DNA of 64,000 nt from an uncultured Acidobacteriota bacterium (GTDB lineage: Bacteria; Acidobacteriota; Thermoanaerobaculia; UBA5066; Gp7-AA6). Positions 36,298 to 48,951 of the stretch are shown piece by piece; positions within the stretch are counted from its first letter, which is position 1; every line of letters starts with the position of its first letter. The position numbers were made by a program, and so were the translations under genes. The notes under the pieces were generated by a model that saw only the letters and a program-made list of their open reading frames with translations, was not told the origin of the DNA and did no database searches. Where the stretch lies: assembly GCA_963764715.1 (NCBI GenBank), contig CAVXTP010000017.1, positions 1 through 64,000 on the forward strand. Direction: 5' to 3'.

Positions 36298-36486
36298 AGC
36301 GTAGACCGGGGTCAAGCGTAGACCGGGGTCAGGTCTTCATTTTTCGGCTCTCTCTTGCAGTTCGCGACGGCCGAAAAATGAAGTAAGAGACCGCGGGGTC
36401 AGGTCTTCATTTTTCTGCTCTCGTTTGCAGTTCGCGACGGCCGAAAAATGAAGACCTGACCCCACTCAGGACCTGACCCCACTCAG
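36298..36486. repeat. Tandem TIR mini-elements with 17-bp end duplications
   Basis: Copies at 36325 (right TIR truncated) and 36395-36463; agcgtagaccggggtca occurs twice and gacctgaccccactcag occurs twice. Confidence 0.88.
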
Positions 36487-39143
36487 TACCGCGACAGCTC
36501 CTCCCGCAGGCTTCCCTCCTGCGCTCCGCGCAGGGCGATGCAGAGCTCCATGCCTTCGAGAACCTGCGCGAGGTTGCGCGAGCCGCCCGGAAGCTTCTCG
36601 GCGCGGCCGGCGAAGAACTCGGCGACCTCCTGGCGGTGCGGAGCGTCGCAGAAGCCCTCCGCGAAGTACGGCATGAAGCCGGTCGCCTCGCGGGGCATGC
36701 GAGCGACGATCGCGTCGTAGTTCGACTTCATGAACTGCCACGAGGCCTCGCGCCCGACCGGAAAGCCGAGCGCGGAGTAGAGGATCGCGTCGGCCTCGCG
36801 CGGGTCGAAGTCGCCCGCGAGGGCGAACGCCATAGCGTCCTTCGCGAGCGCCGGGTTCCCGAACGCGCCGAGGCCGCGGAAGAGGCGGACGCGGTCGCGC
36901 CGCTCCTTCGCGGTCTTCACGCCCTCCCGGTAGGCGTCGAAGAGGGCCCGGTCGCCGTGCCGCGCCGCGCTCTCGAGCACCCCCGAGACCATCTCGGCCT
37001 CGACCGCCGACCGGTCCTTCAGCCACGCGAGGGCGAGCCGGCGCGCCTCGGCCTGGAGCGCGGGCTCGTCGCCGTCCATCGCGACGTACGGCACGAGCGA
37101 GGAGCGCAGGAGGCGGGTCTCCTCGCTGTCGCCGGCCTTGCTCGCGAAGCCGAGCGCGCGCGCCCTGGCGCCGTAGGTCTTCGAGACGTAGCGCGCGTAA
37201 GCCGGCCGCAGGTCCTCGGGCAGCACCTTTTCCCCGGCGTCGGAGGAGATCCGCAGGGCGGCCTGAACGATCTGGCGCTCGGAGTCGCCCGCGAAGCGCG
37301 GCGCGAGCGCCATCGCCCGGCCGAGCGGAAAGGCCCCGCCCATCGCGAGGGCGTCGAGGTCGCGCAGGAGCCCGACCCGCTCCGCGACCGTCAGCTTCGC
37401 GTCCGCGACCGACATCAGCTTCTCGAGCAGGTCGCCGCGGTACACCGCCCGGTAGTAGCCGAGCTCGCCGTCGTTGCCGAGGACCCACGCCGGGCAGCCG
37501 CCGTCCGGCGACGGCGCCGGCATCGCGCCCGAGACGTCCGTCAAGAGCGCGCACTCCTTCGCGCCGTCACCGGTCCTCGCGCAGACGGGGATCTGCCACG
37601 TCTGCCCCGGCGCGCCGGCCGATCCGACCGGGAGGAAGCGCTTCTGCGCGAGCGACAGCTTCGCGCCGCCGCCGCCGCCGCCGCAGTCGAGCGCGACGTC
37701 GACGAGCGGCACGCCCGCCTGGTCGAGAAAGCTCGAGAACGCGGCCGCGACACCCGGGCGGCTCTCGGCCTCGATCGCCGCGAGAAATTCCCGGGAGGTC
37801 GCCGTGCCGTAGGGATGCTCCTTCATGTACCGGCGCACGCCCGCGCGGAACCGGTCCGACCCGATCCACGCCTCGAACATCGAGATGACCGCGCCGCCCT
37901 TCTGATACGAGATGCCGTCGAACGCGTTGTAGATGTCGTCGGACGTCACGATCTCCTGCCGGATCTTGCGCGCCGAGACGAGCGTGTCCCCCGCCATCAC
38001 GTTCGAGCGGTCGACGACCCGGTCGATCGCGACTCCCCAGCCGGGCTGCCACTCCTGCATCGTGCGGTCGGCCATCCAGGTCGCGAAGGACTCGTTCAAC
38101 CACACGTCGTCCCACCACGCCAGCGTCACGTAGTCGCCGAACCACTGGTGCGCCATCTCGTGGGCGTTGATCGAGGCCTGGATGCGCTTGAACTTGATCG
38201 TCTCCTCCTGCGGCGGGGCGAGCAGCACCGACTCGGCCCACGTGATGAGCCCGGCGTTCTCCATCGCGCTGAAGGTCACGGCCTGGGGAATGACGAGCTG
38301 GTCGAGCTTCGCGAAGGGAAACGGCATGCCGAAGTAGGCCTCGAGCCGCTCGAGGATCGGGCCCGTCGTCTCGACCGCGTAGCGGGCGCGCGAGGCCTTG
38401 CCCTTCGGGACGACGATGCGAATCGGCGTCTTCTTCATGCCGGCGCGCCCGGCGTCGACGTAGTCGAAGGGACCGACGCCGAACGCGACGAGGTAGGCCG
38501 GCAACGGCTCGGTCTTCGCGAAGCGCACGACGCGGCCGCCGCCCGGCGCGGGCGAGTCGGACACGATCGGCGTGTTCGACAGGGCGCTGACTCCGGCGGG
38601 GATCGTCAGCGTCAGCTCCCAGGGCGACTTGTAGGAGGGCTCGTCGAAGCACGGGAAGGCGCGCCGGCCGTCGGTCGACTCGAGCTGCGTGTAGACGTAC
38701 CAGGCGTCGCCGTCCTTCTGGCGGAAGACCCCCTGCGTCGAGGTTTCGGCGATCGAGCCCGTGTACTCGACGTGGAGCGTCAGCTCGCCCGCCGCGACCG
38801 GCTTCTCGAAGGCGAAGCCCAGGAAGTCGTCTCCGCCCGGCACCACGCGGACCGCGACGGGGGAGCCGCCCGCCGACGCCGTCGCCTTCTCGACCTTCAG
38901 CTCCGTCGCGTTCAGCCAGAGGAGGTCGGTCGGCGCGGAGAGCCGGATTCCGATGTCGACCGCGCCGCGGAACGTCGTCTCGTCGGGGTCGACCGTCAGC
39001 GCCACCCGGTAGCCCGTCGGCGCCGCCGTCGCGGGCAGCCGCAGCTTCGGCGGCTCGGGGTCCGGGGCGGCGAGGGCCGGCCCGGCGGCCAGGACGAGGG
39101 CGGCGGCGAGGCGCAAACGGCGCAAAACGCGTCCTTCCGGCAT
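36483..39143 (-). CDS. Secreted M1-family aminopeptidase
   Basis: RRAFPCFDEP, SAMEN, HEMAHQWFG, WLNESFA, YQKG. Confidence 0.95.
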   Translation of the reverse strand: MPEGRVLRRLRLAAALVLAAGPALAAPDPEPPKLRLPATAAPTGYRVALTVDPDETTFRGAVDIGIRLSAPTDLLWLNATELKVEKATASAGGSPVAVRVVPGGDDFLGFAFEKPVAAGELTLHVEYTGSIAETSTQGVFRQKDGDAWYVYTQLESTDGRRAFPCFDEPSYKSPWELTLTIPAGVSALSNTPIVSDSPAPGGGRVVRFAKTEPLPAYLVAFGVGPFDYVDAGRAGMKKTPIRIVVPKGKASRARYAVETTGPILERLEAYFGMPFPFAKLDQLVIPQAVTFSAMENAGLITWAESVLLAPPQEETIKFKRIQASINAHEMAHQWFGDYVTLAWWDDVWLNESFATWMADRTMQEWQPGWGVAIDRVVDRSNVMAGDTLVSARKIRQEIVTSDDIYNAFDGISYQKGGAVISMFEAWIGSDRFRAGVRRYMKEHPYGTATSREFLAAIEAESRPGVAAAFSSFLDQAGVPLVDVALDCGGGGGGAKLSLAQKRFLPVGSAGAPGQTWQIPVCARTGDGAKECALLTDVSGAMPAPSPDGGCPAWVLGNDGELGYYRAVYRGDLLEKLMSVADAKLTVAERVGLLRDLDALAMGGAFPLGRAMALAPRFAGDSERQIVQAALRISSDAGEKVLPEDLRPAYARYVSKTYGARARALGFASKAGDSEETRLLRSSLVPYVAMDGDEPALQAEARRLALAWLKDRSAVEAEMVSGVLESAARHGDRALFDAYREGVKTAKERRDRVRLFRGLGAFGNPALAKDAMAFALAGDFDPREADAILYSALGFPVGREASWQFMKSNYDAIVARMPREATGFMPYFAEGFCDAPHRQEVAEFFAGRAEKLPGGSRNLAQVLEGMELCIALRGAQEGSLREELSRY

Positions 39144-39211
39144 TTCGAATGCTCCTTTGGACAGACTTCGACCCCGATTTATCCGGATGCCGCGGGGAAA
39201 GGTTTTTTCCG

Positions 39212-39280
39212 GGGGTCAGGTCTTCATTTTTCGGCTGCCCCGAGAAGTTCCCGAAATCTGAAAAATGAAGACCTGACCCC
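39212..39280. repeat. TIR mini-element (69 bp)
   Basis: Perfect 21-bp TIRs around a diverged 27-bp core, between divergent genes. Confidence 0.9.
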
Positions 39281-39306
39281 GGTAGACTGCCCCGCCGGAG
39301 GGCCGC

Positions 39307-41373
39307 ATGCCGTTTTTCGCCGCCGCCATTCTCGCGGGAGTCCTCGCCGTGGCCGTCCCGCAGGGAGGTCAAACCGAAGCCATGAAGCAGACGATGGCCC
39401 GCCTCGAGAACGAGCTCGTCGCGAAGTACGGCCAGTCCGAGCGGCCCCGCATCCAGATGGGGATCCAGCAGGCGGCGAGCTTCTGGCGGCCGGAAGACGG
39501 CGACGAGAAAGCCTTCGGCGAGGTCGTGACGACTTACATCGCCGCCGACTCGACCGTCCGCAACGCCCTCTTCTCCCGCATGGAGCGCTCGCTCGAGTCG
39601 CTCGACGGCCACATGAACGAGATCGCCCGGGACTTCCGGTGGCAGTCGGACCTCGACCTCGGCGAGATCTATCCCTTCGACGAGGTCCTCGCCGGCTACG
39701 ATCCGTCGGCGCACTTCGTCGACGACTCGTTCCGCAACCGCCTCGCCTTCGCCGTCCTCCTGAACTTTCCGGTCACGACGCTCAAGGAGCGGCTCGAGCA
39801 GGGGCCGTCCTGGACCCGGCGCCAGTGGGCCGAGTCGCGCCTGGCCGAGCGCTTCTCCAAGCGCGTGCCGGCGAGCGTCAACCTCGCGATCACCGAGGCC
39901 AACGCCGAGGCCGACCGCTACATCGCCCGGTACAACATCTGGACGCACCACCTCGTCGACGTCAAGGGGGTCCGCCTCTTCCCGCCGAAGATGCGCCTGC
40001 TCTCGCACTGGAACCTGCGCGACCAGATCAAGGCCGACTACTCGGACGCGAGCAACGGCGTCGCCAAGCAGCGGATCATCGCGCAGGTGTGCGACCGCAT
40101 CGTGACGCAGACGATCCCGGACGTCGTCGTCGACAATCCGTACGTCGACTGGGACCCCTTCACCAACACGGTCAAGGCCTCCCTCGAGCGCGACTCCGAC
40201 CGGGCCGCGCCGCCGGGCCTGAAGATCACGAACGCGCCCGAGCCCGACACCCGCTATGCCGTGCTGTTGAAGACCTACCAGGCGGCCCGGCTCGCCGACC
40301 CGTACTCGCCGACCGCACCGACGCTGATCGACCGACGCTTCGACGAGAACCGCCAGATCCCCGAGGACCGGGTCCGCGCCATGCTCGTCGAGGTCCTGTC
40401 CTCGCCGCTCGTCCCGAAGGTCGCGGCGATCATCGAGGGCCGGCTCGGCCGGCCGCTCGAGCCGTTCGACGTCTGGTACAACGGCTTCCGGCCGCGCGGC
40501 AAGTACACCGAGGAAGAGCTCGACGCGATCGTCCGCAAGAAGTACCCGACGGCCGAGGCCTTCCAGGAAGACATCCCGAACATCCTGATCAAGCTCGGCT
40601 TCTCGCAGGACCGCGCGCACTACGTCGCCGAGCACATCGTCGTCGACCCGGCGCGCGGCTCGGGACACGCCCTCGGCGCCGCGCGGCGGGCCGACAAGTC
40701 GCACCTGCGGACGCGCGTCGAGAAGGAAGGGATGAACTACAAGGGGTTCAACATCGCCGTCCACGAGCTGGGCCACAACGTCGAGCAGACCTTCTCGCTG
40801 AACGACATCGACTCGACGCTGCTCGCGGGCGTCCCGAACACCGCGTTCACCGAGGCCCTGGCGTTCGTCTTCCAGGCGCACGACCTCGAGCTCCTCGGCC
40901 TCGCGAAGCCCGACCCGAAGAGCGAGGCCCTGAAGACGCTGAACGACTTCTGGGCGACCTACGAAATCGCCGGCGTCGCGCTCGTCGACATGGCCGTCTG
41001 GCACTGGATGTACGACCACCCCGACGCCACGCCCGGAGAGCTGAAGGCCGCGACGCTCCAGATCTGCAAGGACCTCTGGAACCAGTACTACGCGCCGGTC
41101 TTCAAGAAGAAGGACGTGGTCCTGACGCTCGGCATCTACTCGCACATGATCCACTCGTTCCTCTACCTGCCGGACTACCCGATCGGCCACCTGATCGCGT
41201 TCCAGATCGAGCAGCAGATGAAGAAGTCCGGCAACCTCGGCTCGGAGTTCGAGCGGATGTCGAAGGCCGGCAACATCGCCCCCGACATCTGGATGACGCA
41301 GGCGACCGGGGCGCCCGTCGGCGCCGGCGCGCTCCTGAACGAGACGACGAAGGCGCTCGCCCGGCTCCAGTAG
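39307..41373 (+). CDS. Exported gluzincin-like putative metallopeptidase
   Basis: Signal peptide; AVHELGH followed by AFTEALA; strong coding-type codon usage. Confidence 0.75.
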   Translation: MPFFAAAILAGVLAVAVPQGGQTEAMKQTMARLENELVAKYGQSERPRIQMGIQQAASFWRPEDGDEKAFGEVVTTYIAADSTVRNALFSRMERSLESLDGHMNEIARDFRWQSDLDLGEIYPFDEVLAGYDPSAHFVDDSFRNRLAFAVLLNFPVTTLKERLEQGPSWTRRQWAESRLAERFSKRVPASVNLAITEANAEADRYIARYNIWTHHLVDVKGVRLFPPKMRLLSHWNLRDQIKADYSDASNGVAKQRIIAQVCDRIVTQTIPDVVVDNPYVDWDPFTNTVKASLERDSDRAAPPGLKITNAPEPDTRYAVLLKTYQAARLADPYSPTAPTLIDRRFDENRQIPEDRVRAMLVEVLSSPLVPKVAAIIEGRLGRPLEPFDVWYNGFRPRGKYTEEELDAIVRKKYPTAEAFQEDIPNILIKLGFSQDRAHYVAEHIVVDPARGSGHALGAARRADKSHLRTRVEKEGMNYKGFNIAVHELGHNVEQTFSLNDIDSTLLAGVPNTAFTEALAFVFQAHDLELLGLAKPDPKSEALKTLNDFWATYEIAGVALVDMAVWHWMYDHPDATPGELKAATLQICKDLWNQYYAPVFKKKDVVLTLGIYSHMIHSFLYLPDYPIGHLIAFQIEQQMKKSGNLGSEFERMSKAGNIAPDIWMTQATGAPVGAGALLNETTKALARLQ

Positions 41374-41481
41374 GAAACGCCGCGCCGGCGCGGCTTCGGG
41401 CGGCGTCGGCGCCGCGCCTTGCACGGGAAATGATGCAAAAGCATCATCCCGCCCGGAGCGGGCGAACGCTACGGTCGTCTC

Positions 41482-45219
<3,738 letters not shown>

Positions 45220-45221
45220 CC

Positions 45222-46244
45222 ATGGATCTCTCGACGACCTACCTCGGCCTCCACCTGCCGCACCCCCTGATGCCCGGCTCCTCCCCGCTCGCCGACGACC
45301 TCGACACGGTCCGGCGCCTCGAGGACGCGGGGGCCGCCGCGATCGTCATGCGCTCGCTCTTCGAGGAGCAGATCGTCGGCGACGAGATGGCGACCTACCA
45401 CGCGCACGAGGCGCCGAGCGAGTCCTACGCCGAGGCGCTCTCCTACCTGCCCGAGCCGTCGATCTTCTCCCTCGGCACGCACGAGTACCTCGAGCAGCTC
45501 CAGCGCATCAAGGCCGCGGTCGCGATCCCCGTGATCGCGTCGTTGAACGGGACGACGCCGGACAACTGGATCGAGTACGCGCGCCTGATCGCGCAGGGCG
45601 GCGCGGACGCGCTCGAGCTCAACATCTACGACCTGCCGACCGACCCCCGGGAGTCGAGCGAGGACGTGGAGCGGCGCGTCCTCGACGTGGTCACGACGCT
45701 GCGCGAGGCGGTCAGCCTGCCGCTCGCCGTCAAGCTCTCGCCCTTCTACTCGTCGCTCGCGAGCCTCTCGCGGCGGCTGGAGCTCGCCAGGGCCGACGGC
45801 CTCGTGATCTTCAACCGCTTCTACCAGCCGGACTTCGACGTCGAAAACCTCGAGGTCGTTCCGAAGGCGCGCCTCTCGAGCCCGACCGAGCTCCTGCTGC
45901 GGCTGCGGTGGCTCTCGATCCTCTCGGGCCAGGTCGACCTCTCGCTCGCCGTCACGGGCGGCGTCCACACCGCGATCGACGCGGTCAAGGCGGTCATGGC
46001 CGGGGCCCACGCCGTCCAGCTGGTCTCGGTCTTGCTACGCCGTGGACCCGAGGCCCTCGGCCGCATTCGCGGGGAGCTCTCCCGGTGGCTCGAGGAGCAC
46101 GGGTACGAGTCGCTGCGCCAGATGCAGGGGAGCATGAGCGCCGGCCGCGGCGCGAGCCCGGCGGCCCTCGAGCGGGTCCAGTACATGCGGGTGTTGCAGA
46201 GCTGGCGCCCCGAAGACGAGGCGCCCGCGGGGAGGGAACAATGA
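45222..46244 (+). CDS. Dihydroorotate dehydrogenase-like flavoprotein
   Basis: MDLSTTYLGL, SLFEEQI, IASLNG, LELNIY, VKLSPF, FNRFYQPD. Confidence 0.92.
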   Translation: MDLSTTYLGLHLPHPLMPGSSPLADDLDTVRRLEDAGAAAIVMRSLFEEQIVGDEMATYHAHEAPSESYAEALSYLPEPSIFSLGTHEYLEQLQRIKAAVAIPVIASLNGTTPDNWIEYARLIAQGGADALELNIYDLPTDPRESSEDVERRVLDVVTTLREAVSLPLAVKLSPFYSSLASLSRRLELARADGLVIFNRFYQPDFDVENLEVVPKARLSSPTELLLRLRWLSILSGQVDLSLAVTGGVHTAIDAVKAVMAGAHAVQLVSVLLRRGPEALGRIRGELSRWLEEHGYESLRQMQGSMSAGRGASPAALERVQYMRVLQSWRPEDEAPAGREQ

Positions 46245-46456
46245 TGACGATCGAGATCTTCACGGCGCTCCCCGAGGGCCGGACGGTTCCGGACGAGGGT
46301 ACGGTCGTCAAGTGCCCGTGCTGCGGGCGCAACGGCATCCTGCAGGAGCACGGGCTGTGCGGGCCGCGCTGCCTCCACGCCGAGACGACGACCGTCTTCG
46401 GCGACGGGATGCTCGTCGAGCCCACCGACTGCTGCACCCTGCCACCTCTGCGGTAG
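46241..46456 (+). CDS. Small Cys-rich hypothetical protein (71 aa)
   Basis: GGAGG RBS, ATGA overlap; CPCCG, CxxxCxH, CC. Confidence 0.65.
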   Translation: MMTIEIFTALPEGRTVPDEGTVVKCPCCGRNGILQEHGLCGPRCLHAETTTVFGDGMLVEPTDCCTLPPLR

Positions 46457-46466
46457 CATCGGCCGA

Positions 46467-47396
46467 GTGACCGAGGACCTGGACGACACGGCCGAACTGC
46501 CGGCGTTGGAGCACAAGGAGGCGCCGCAGCCCGCGGGCGTTTCCTCGCTCGTCGAGCTCGATCTCGCCGCGCTCTCCGATCCGGGCCGGGTCCGGAAGAA
46601 CAACGAGGACACGTTTTTCGCCGCGCGCTTCGACCGCTCGATGCGGATGCTCCAGACGAACCTGCCTGCGGGCCAGATCCCGCCCTGGTATTCCGAGACC
46701 GCCTACGGAATGCTCGTCGCCGACGGCGTCGGCGGCGCGGCGGCGGGCGAGATCGCGAGCCGGACGGCCGTCCTGGCCCTCGTCGACCTCGCCATCGAGA
46801 CGCCCGACTGGATCATGCGCCTGGATGAAGCCCGCTCCCGCGAGATCCTCCAGAGGATGGAGCGCCGATTCCAGCAGATCCGCGAGACCCTGGTCGAGCA
46901 TGCCGCCGCGGACCCGACGCTGCGCGGCATGGGGACGACCATGACGGTCGCGTGCAGTCTCGGGCCGGAGCTCCTGACGGCGCACGTCGGCGATTCGCGC
47001 GCGTACGTGTTCCGCAAGGGCGGCCGGCTCGAGCGCCTGACGCGGGACCAGACGATGGCCCAGTCGCTCGCCGACTCCGGAGCGATCACCCAGGCCGAGG
47101 TGGCGACGAGTCCCTACCGCCACGTGCTGACGAGCGCGCTGGCGACCCGCGGTGCGTTCGTGCAGGTGGAGCTGAAGCGCACGCACCTTTCGGACGGCGA
47201 CCAGATTCTCCTGTGCTCCGACGGCCTGACCGAGATGGTGCCCGACGACGTGATCGCCCGCGAGCTCGCGGCCCCGGGTAAGGCGGCCCCCGTCTGCCGT
47301 CGCCTCGTCGACTTCGCGCTCGAGGCGGGCGGCAAGGACAACGTCACCGTCGTCCTCGGGCGGTACCGCATCCCCGAATCCGTCGCCGCGGCCTGA
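46467..47396 (+). CDS. PP2C-family Ser/Thr phosphatase
   Basis: GRVRKNNED, VADGVGG, MGTT, HVGDSRAY, CSDGL, GGKDNVT. Confidence 0.95.
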   Translation: MTEDLDDTAELPALEHKEAPQPAGVSSLVELDLAALSDPGRVRKNNEDTFFAARFDRSMRMLQTNLPAGQIPPWYSETAYGMLVADGVGGAAAGEIASRTAVLALVDLAIETPDWIMRLDEARSREILQRMERRFQQIRETLVEHAAADPTLRGMGTTMTVACSLGPELLTAHVGDSRAYVFRKGGRLERLTRDQTMAQSLADSGAITQAEVATSPYRHVLTSALATRGAFVQVELKRTHLSDGDQILLCSDGLTEMVPDDVIARELAAPGKAAPVCRRLVDFALEAGGKDNVTVVLGRYRIPESVAAA

Positions 47397-47417
47397 AAGC
47401 CGCGAGAGAGAGCGGCG

Positions 47418-48896
47418 ATCGGTCGCCTCCGCCGGGCCGCCCTGCTGCTCGCTCTCGCCGCGCCGCTCGCCGCCGCCGAGGAGCCCTCGGCCCCTTCCTC
47501 CCCCGGCGACCTGATCCTGATCGACAGTTTCGGGCACATGGTCGTCGTGCCGGCGTCGCAGGTGCACCCGCGCCTCCGGCCGCCGCCCGACCTTCCGATC
47601 GAACAGCAGGTGCCCGACACGCCGGCGGGCTCGAAGCTCTCCGCCGAGCTTCTTCGGAGAATGGATTCTGGCCGCCGGACAAGCTTCACGCTCTTCCCCG
47701 CCGTGCCTCCCACGCTCGCGTCGTACCTCGCCGGGCTCGACGACCTCGGCAACACGGCGATCCAGCCCGGCCCGTTGCTCGACGTCGCCCCGCTCGAGCC
47801 CTGGGTCCAGGGCGCCAAGTACTGGCTCGGAGCGCGCGGCCTGCGGTACAGCCTCTCGCAGGTCTTCACCTACACCGGCGTCCCCGGCACCCCGTCGGGC
47901 TCCCCCAACATGGGTTACTACACCGTCAAGCTCTTCGCGAAATGGGCGGTTTACGAATCGCCCGCCTCCGGCACCGCCGGCTGGTTGAGCGCCGAGGTGT
48001 CCGCGAAGGAGGGGCTCGGCGGCGCCGGCGCGAACCAGGGCGCCGGGGCGAACATCGGAAGCCTCACCAATCCGACGGGCGTCTTCTCGGCCCGCAACGG
48101 CGGCCGGGTCCCGGAGCTCGCGTGGCAGCAGTCGCTGGCGAACGGACGATTCGTCGCCGTCGCCGGCGTCGTCGACCAGAGCAACTACCTCGACACCAAC
48201 ACCTACGCGAACACGGGACGCGGCCAGTTCCTGAACTCCGCCCTCATCAACAGCATGGTCGTGCCGCTGCCCCAGTTCAACTTCGCGCTCAACCTGCAGT
48301 GGCAACCCGCCGACGAGTGGTACGCCATCGTCGGCGCCACCGCCGGCAACGCCACCGCGGGTGAAACGCCGTGGACCGACTTCTCCTGGCAAGCCTGGTC
48401 CGTCGTCACGGAGATCGGCTTCGCGCCCGCCGACTTTCTCGGCCTCGGCGAAGGCGTCTACCGGCTCCAGCCGTTTCTCGCGCAGTCCGGGGGGCCGACC
48501 CAGGGCGGCGTGGCCCTCAACTTCCAGCAGCAGCTCGGCCACGCATCGCGTTTCGCCGCGTTCGGCCGCTTCGGCGTCGGCGGAGCGCAAGCCTCAGCGG
48601 GAGCCTCGGCCCAGGTCGGGACCGGCCTCGTCGTCAAGGCGCCATTTCAGGGCTTCGACGTCCTCAAGGACCTCACCAACGACCTCGCGGGCGTCGGCTT
48701 CGTCTGGAGCCAGCCGTCGGCGACGACGCGCGCCGTGTACCACCGCAACGAGTACGTCGCCGAGGCCTTCTTCACCTTTCAGCTCTCGCCCCTGTCCCGG
48801 TTCGAGCCCGACCTCCAGCTCGTCTGGAACCCGATCTTCAATCCGGACGCCGGCCCGTACGCGGTCATCCAGGCCCAGTTCATCCTCGGGTGGTGA
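47418..48896 (+). CDS. OprB-like carbohydrate porin; start uncertain (first ATG is 47538)
   Basis: DTNTYAN...QFLNSAL, EYVAEAFFTFQL...PDLQLVWNP, terminal W; signal peptide encoded in frame from 47418. Confidence 0.8.
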   Translation: MGRLRRAALLLALAAPLAAAEEPSAPSSPGDLILIDSFGHMVVVPASQVHPRLRPPPDLPIEQQVPDTPAGSKLSAELLRRMDSGRRTSFTLFPAVPPTLASYLAGLDDLGNTAIQPGPLLDVAPLEPWVQGAKYWLGARGLRYSLSQVFTYTGVPGTPSGSPNMGYYTVKLFAKWAVYESPASGTAGWLSAEVSAKEGLGGAGANQGAGANIGSLTNPTGVFSARNGGRVPELAWQQSLANGRFVAVAGVVDQSNYLDTNTYANTGRGQFLNSALINSMVVPLPQFNFALNLQWQPADEWYAIVGATAGNATAGETPWTDFSWQAWSVVTEIGFAPADFLGLGEGVYRLQPFLAQSGGPTQGGVALNFQQQLGHASRFAAFGRFGVGGAQASAGASAQVGTGLVVKAPFQGFDVLKDLTNDLAGVGFVWSQPSATTRAVYHRNEYVAEAFFTFQLSPLSRFEPDLQLVWNPIFNPDAGPYAVIQAQFILGW

Positions 48897-48951
48897 CGCG
48901 GGCCGCTCCGCGGCTTGCAGTAGCATGCGCCCAGATTTCGGAGGAGCCGCC

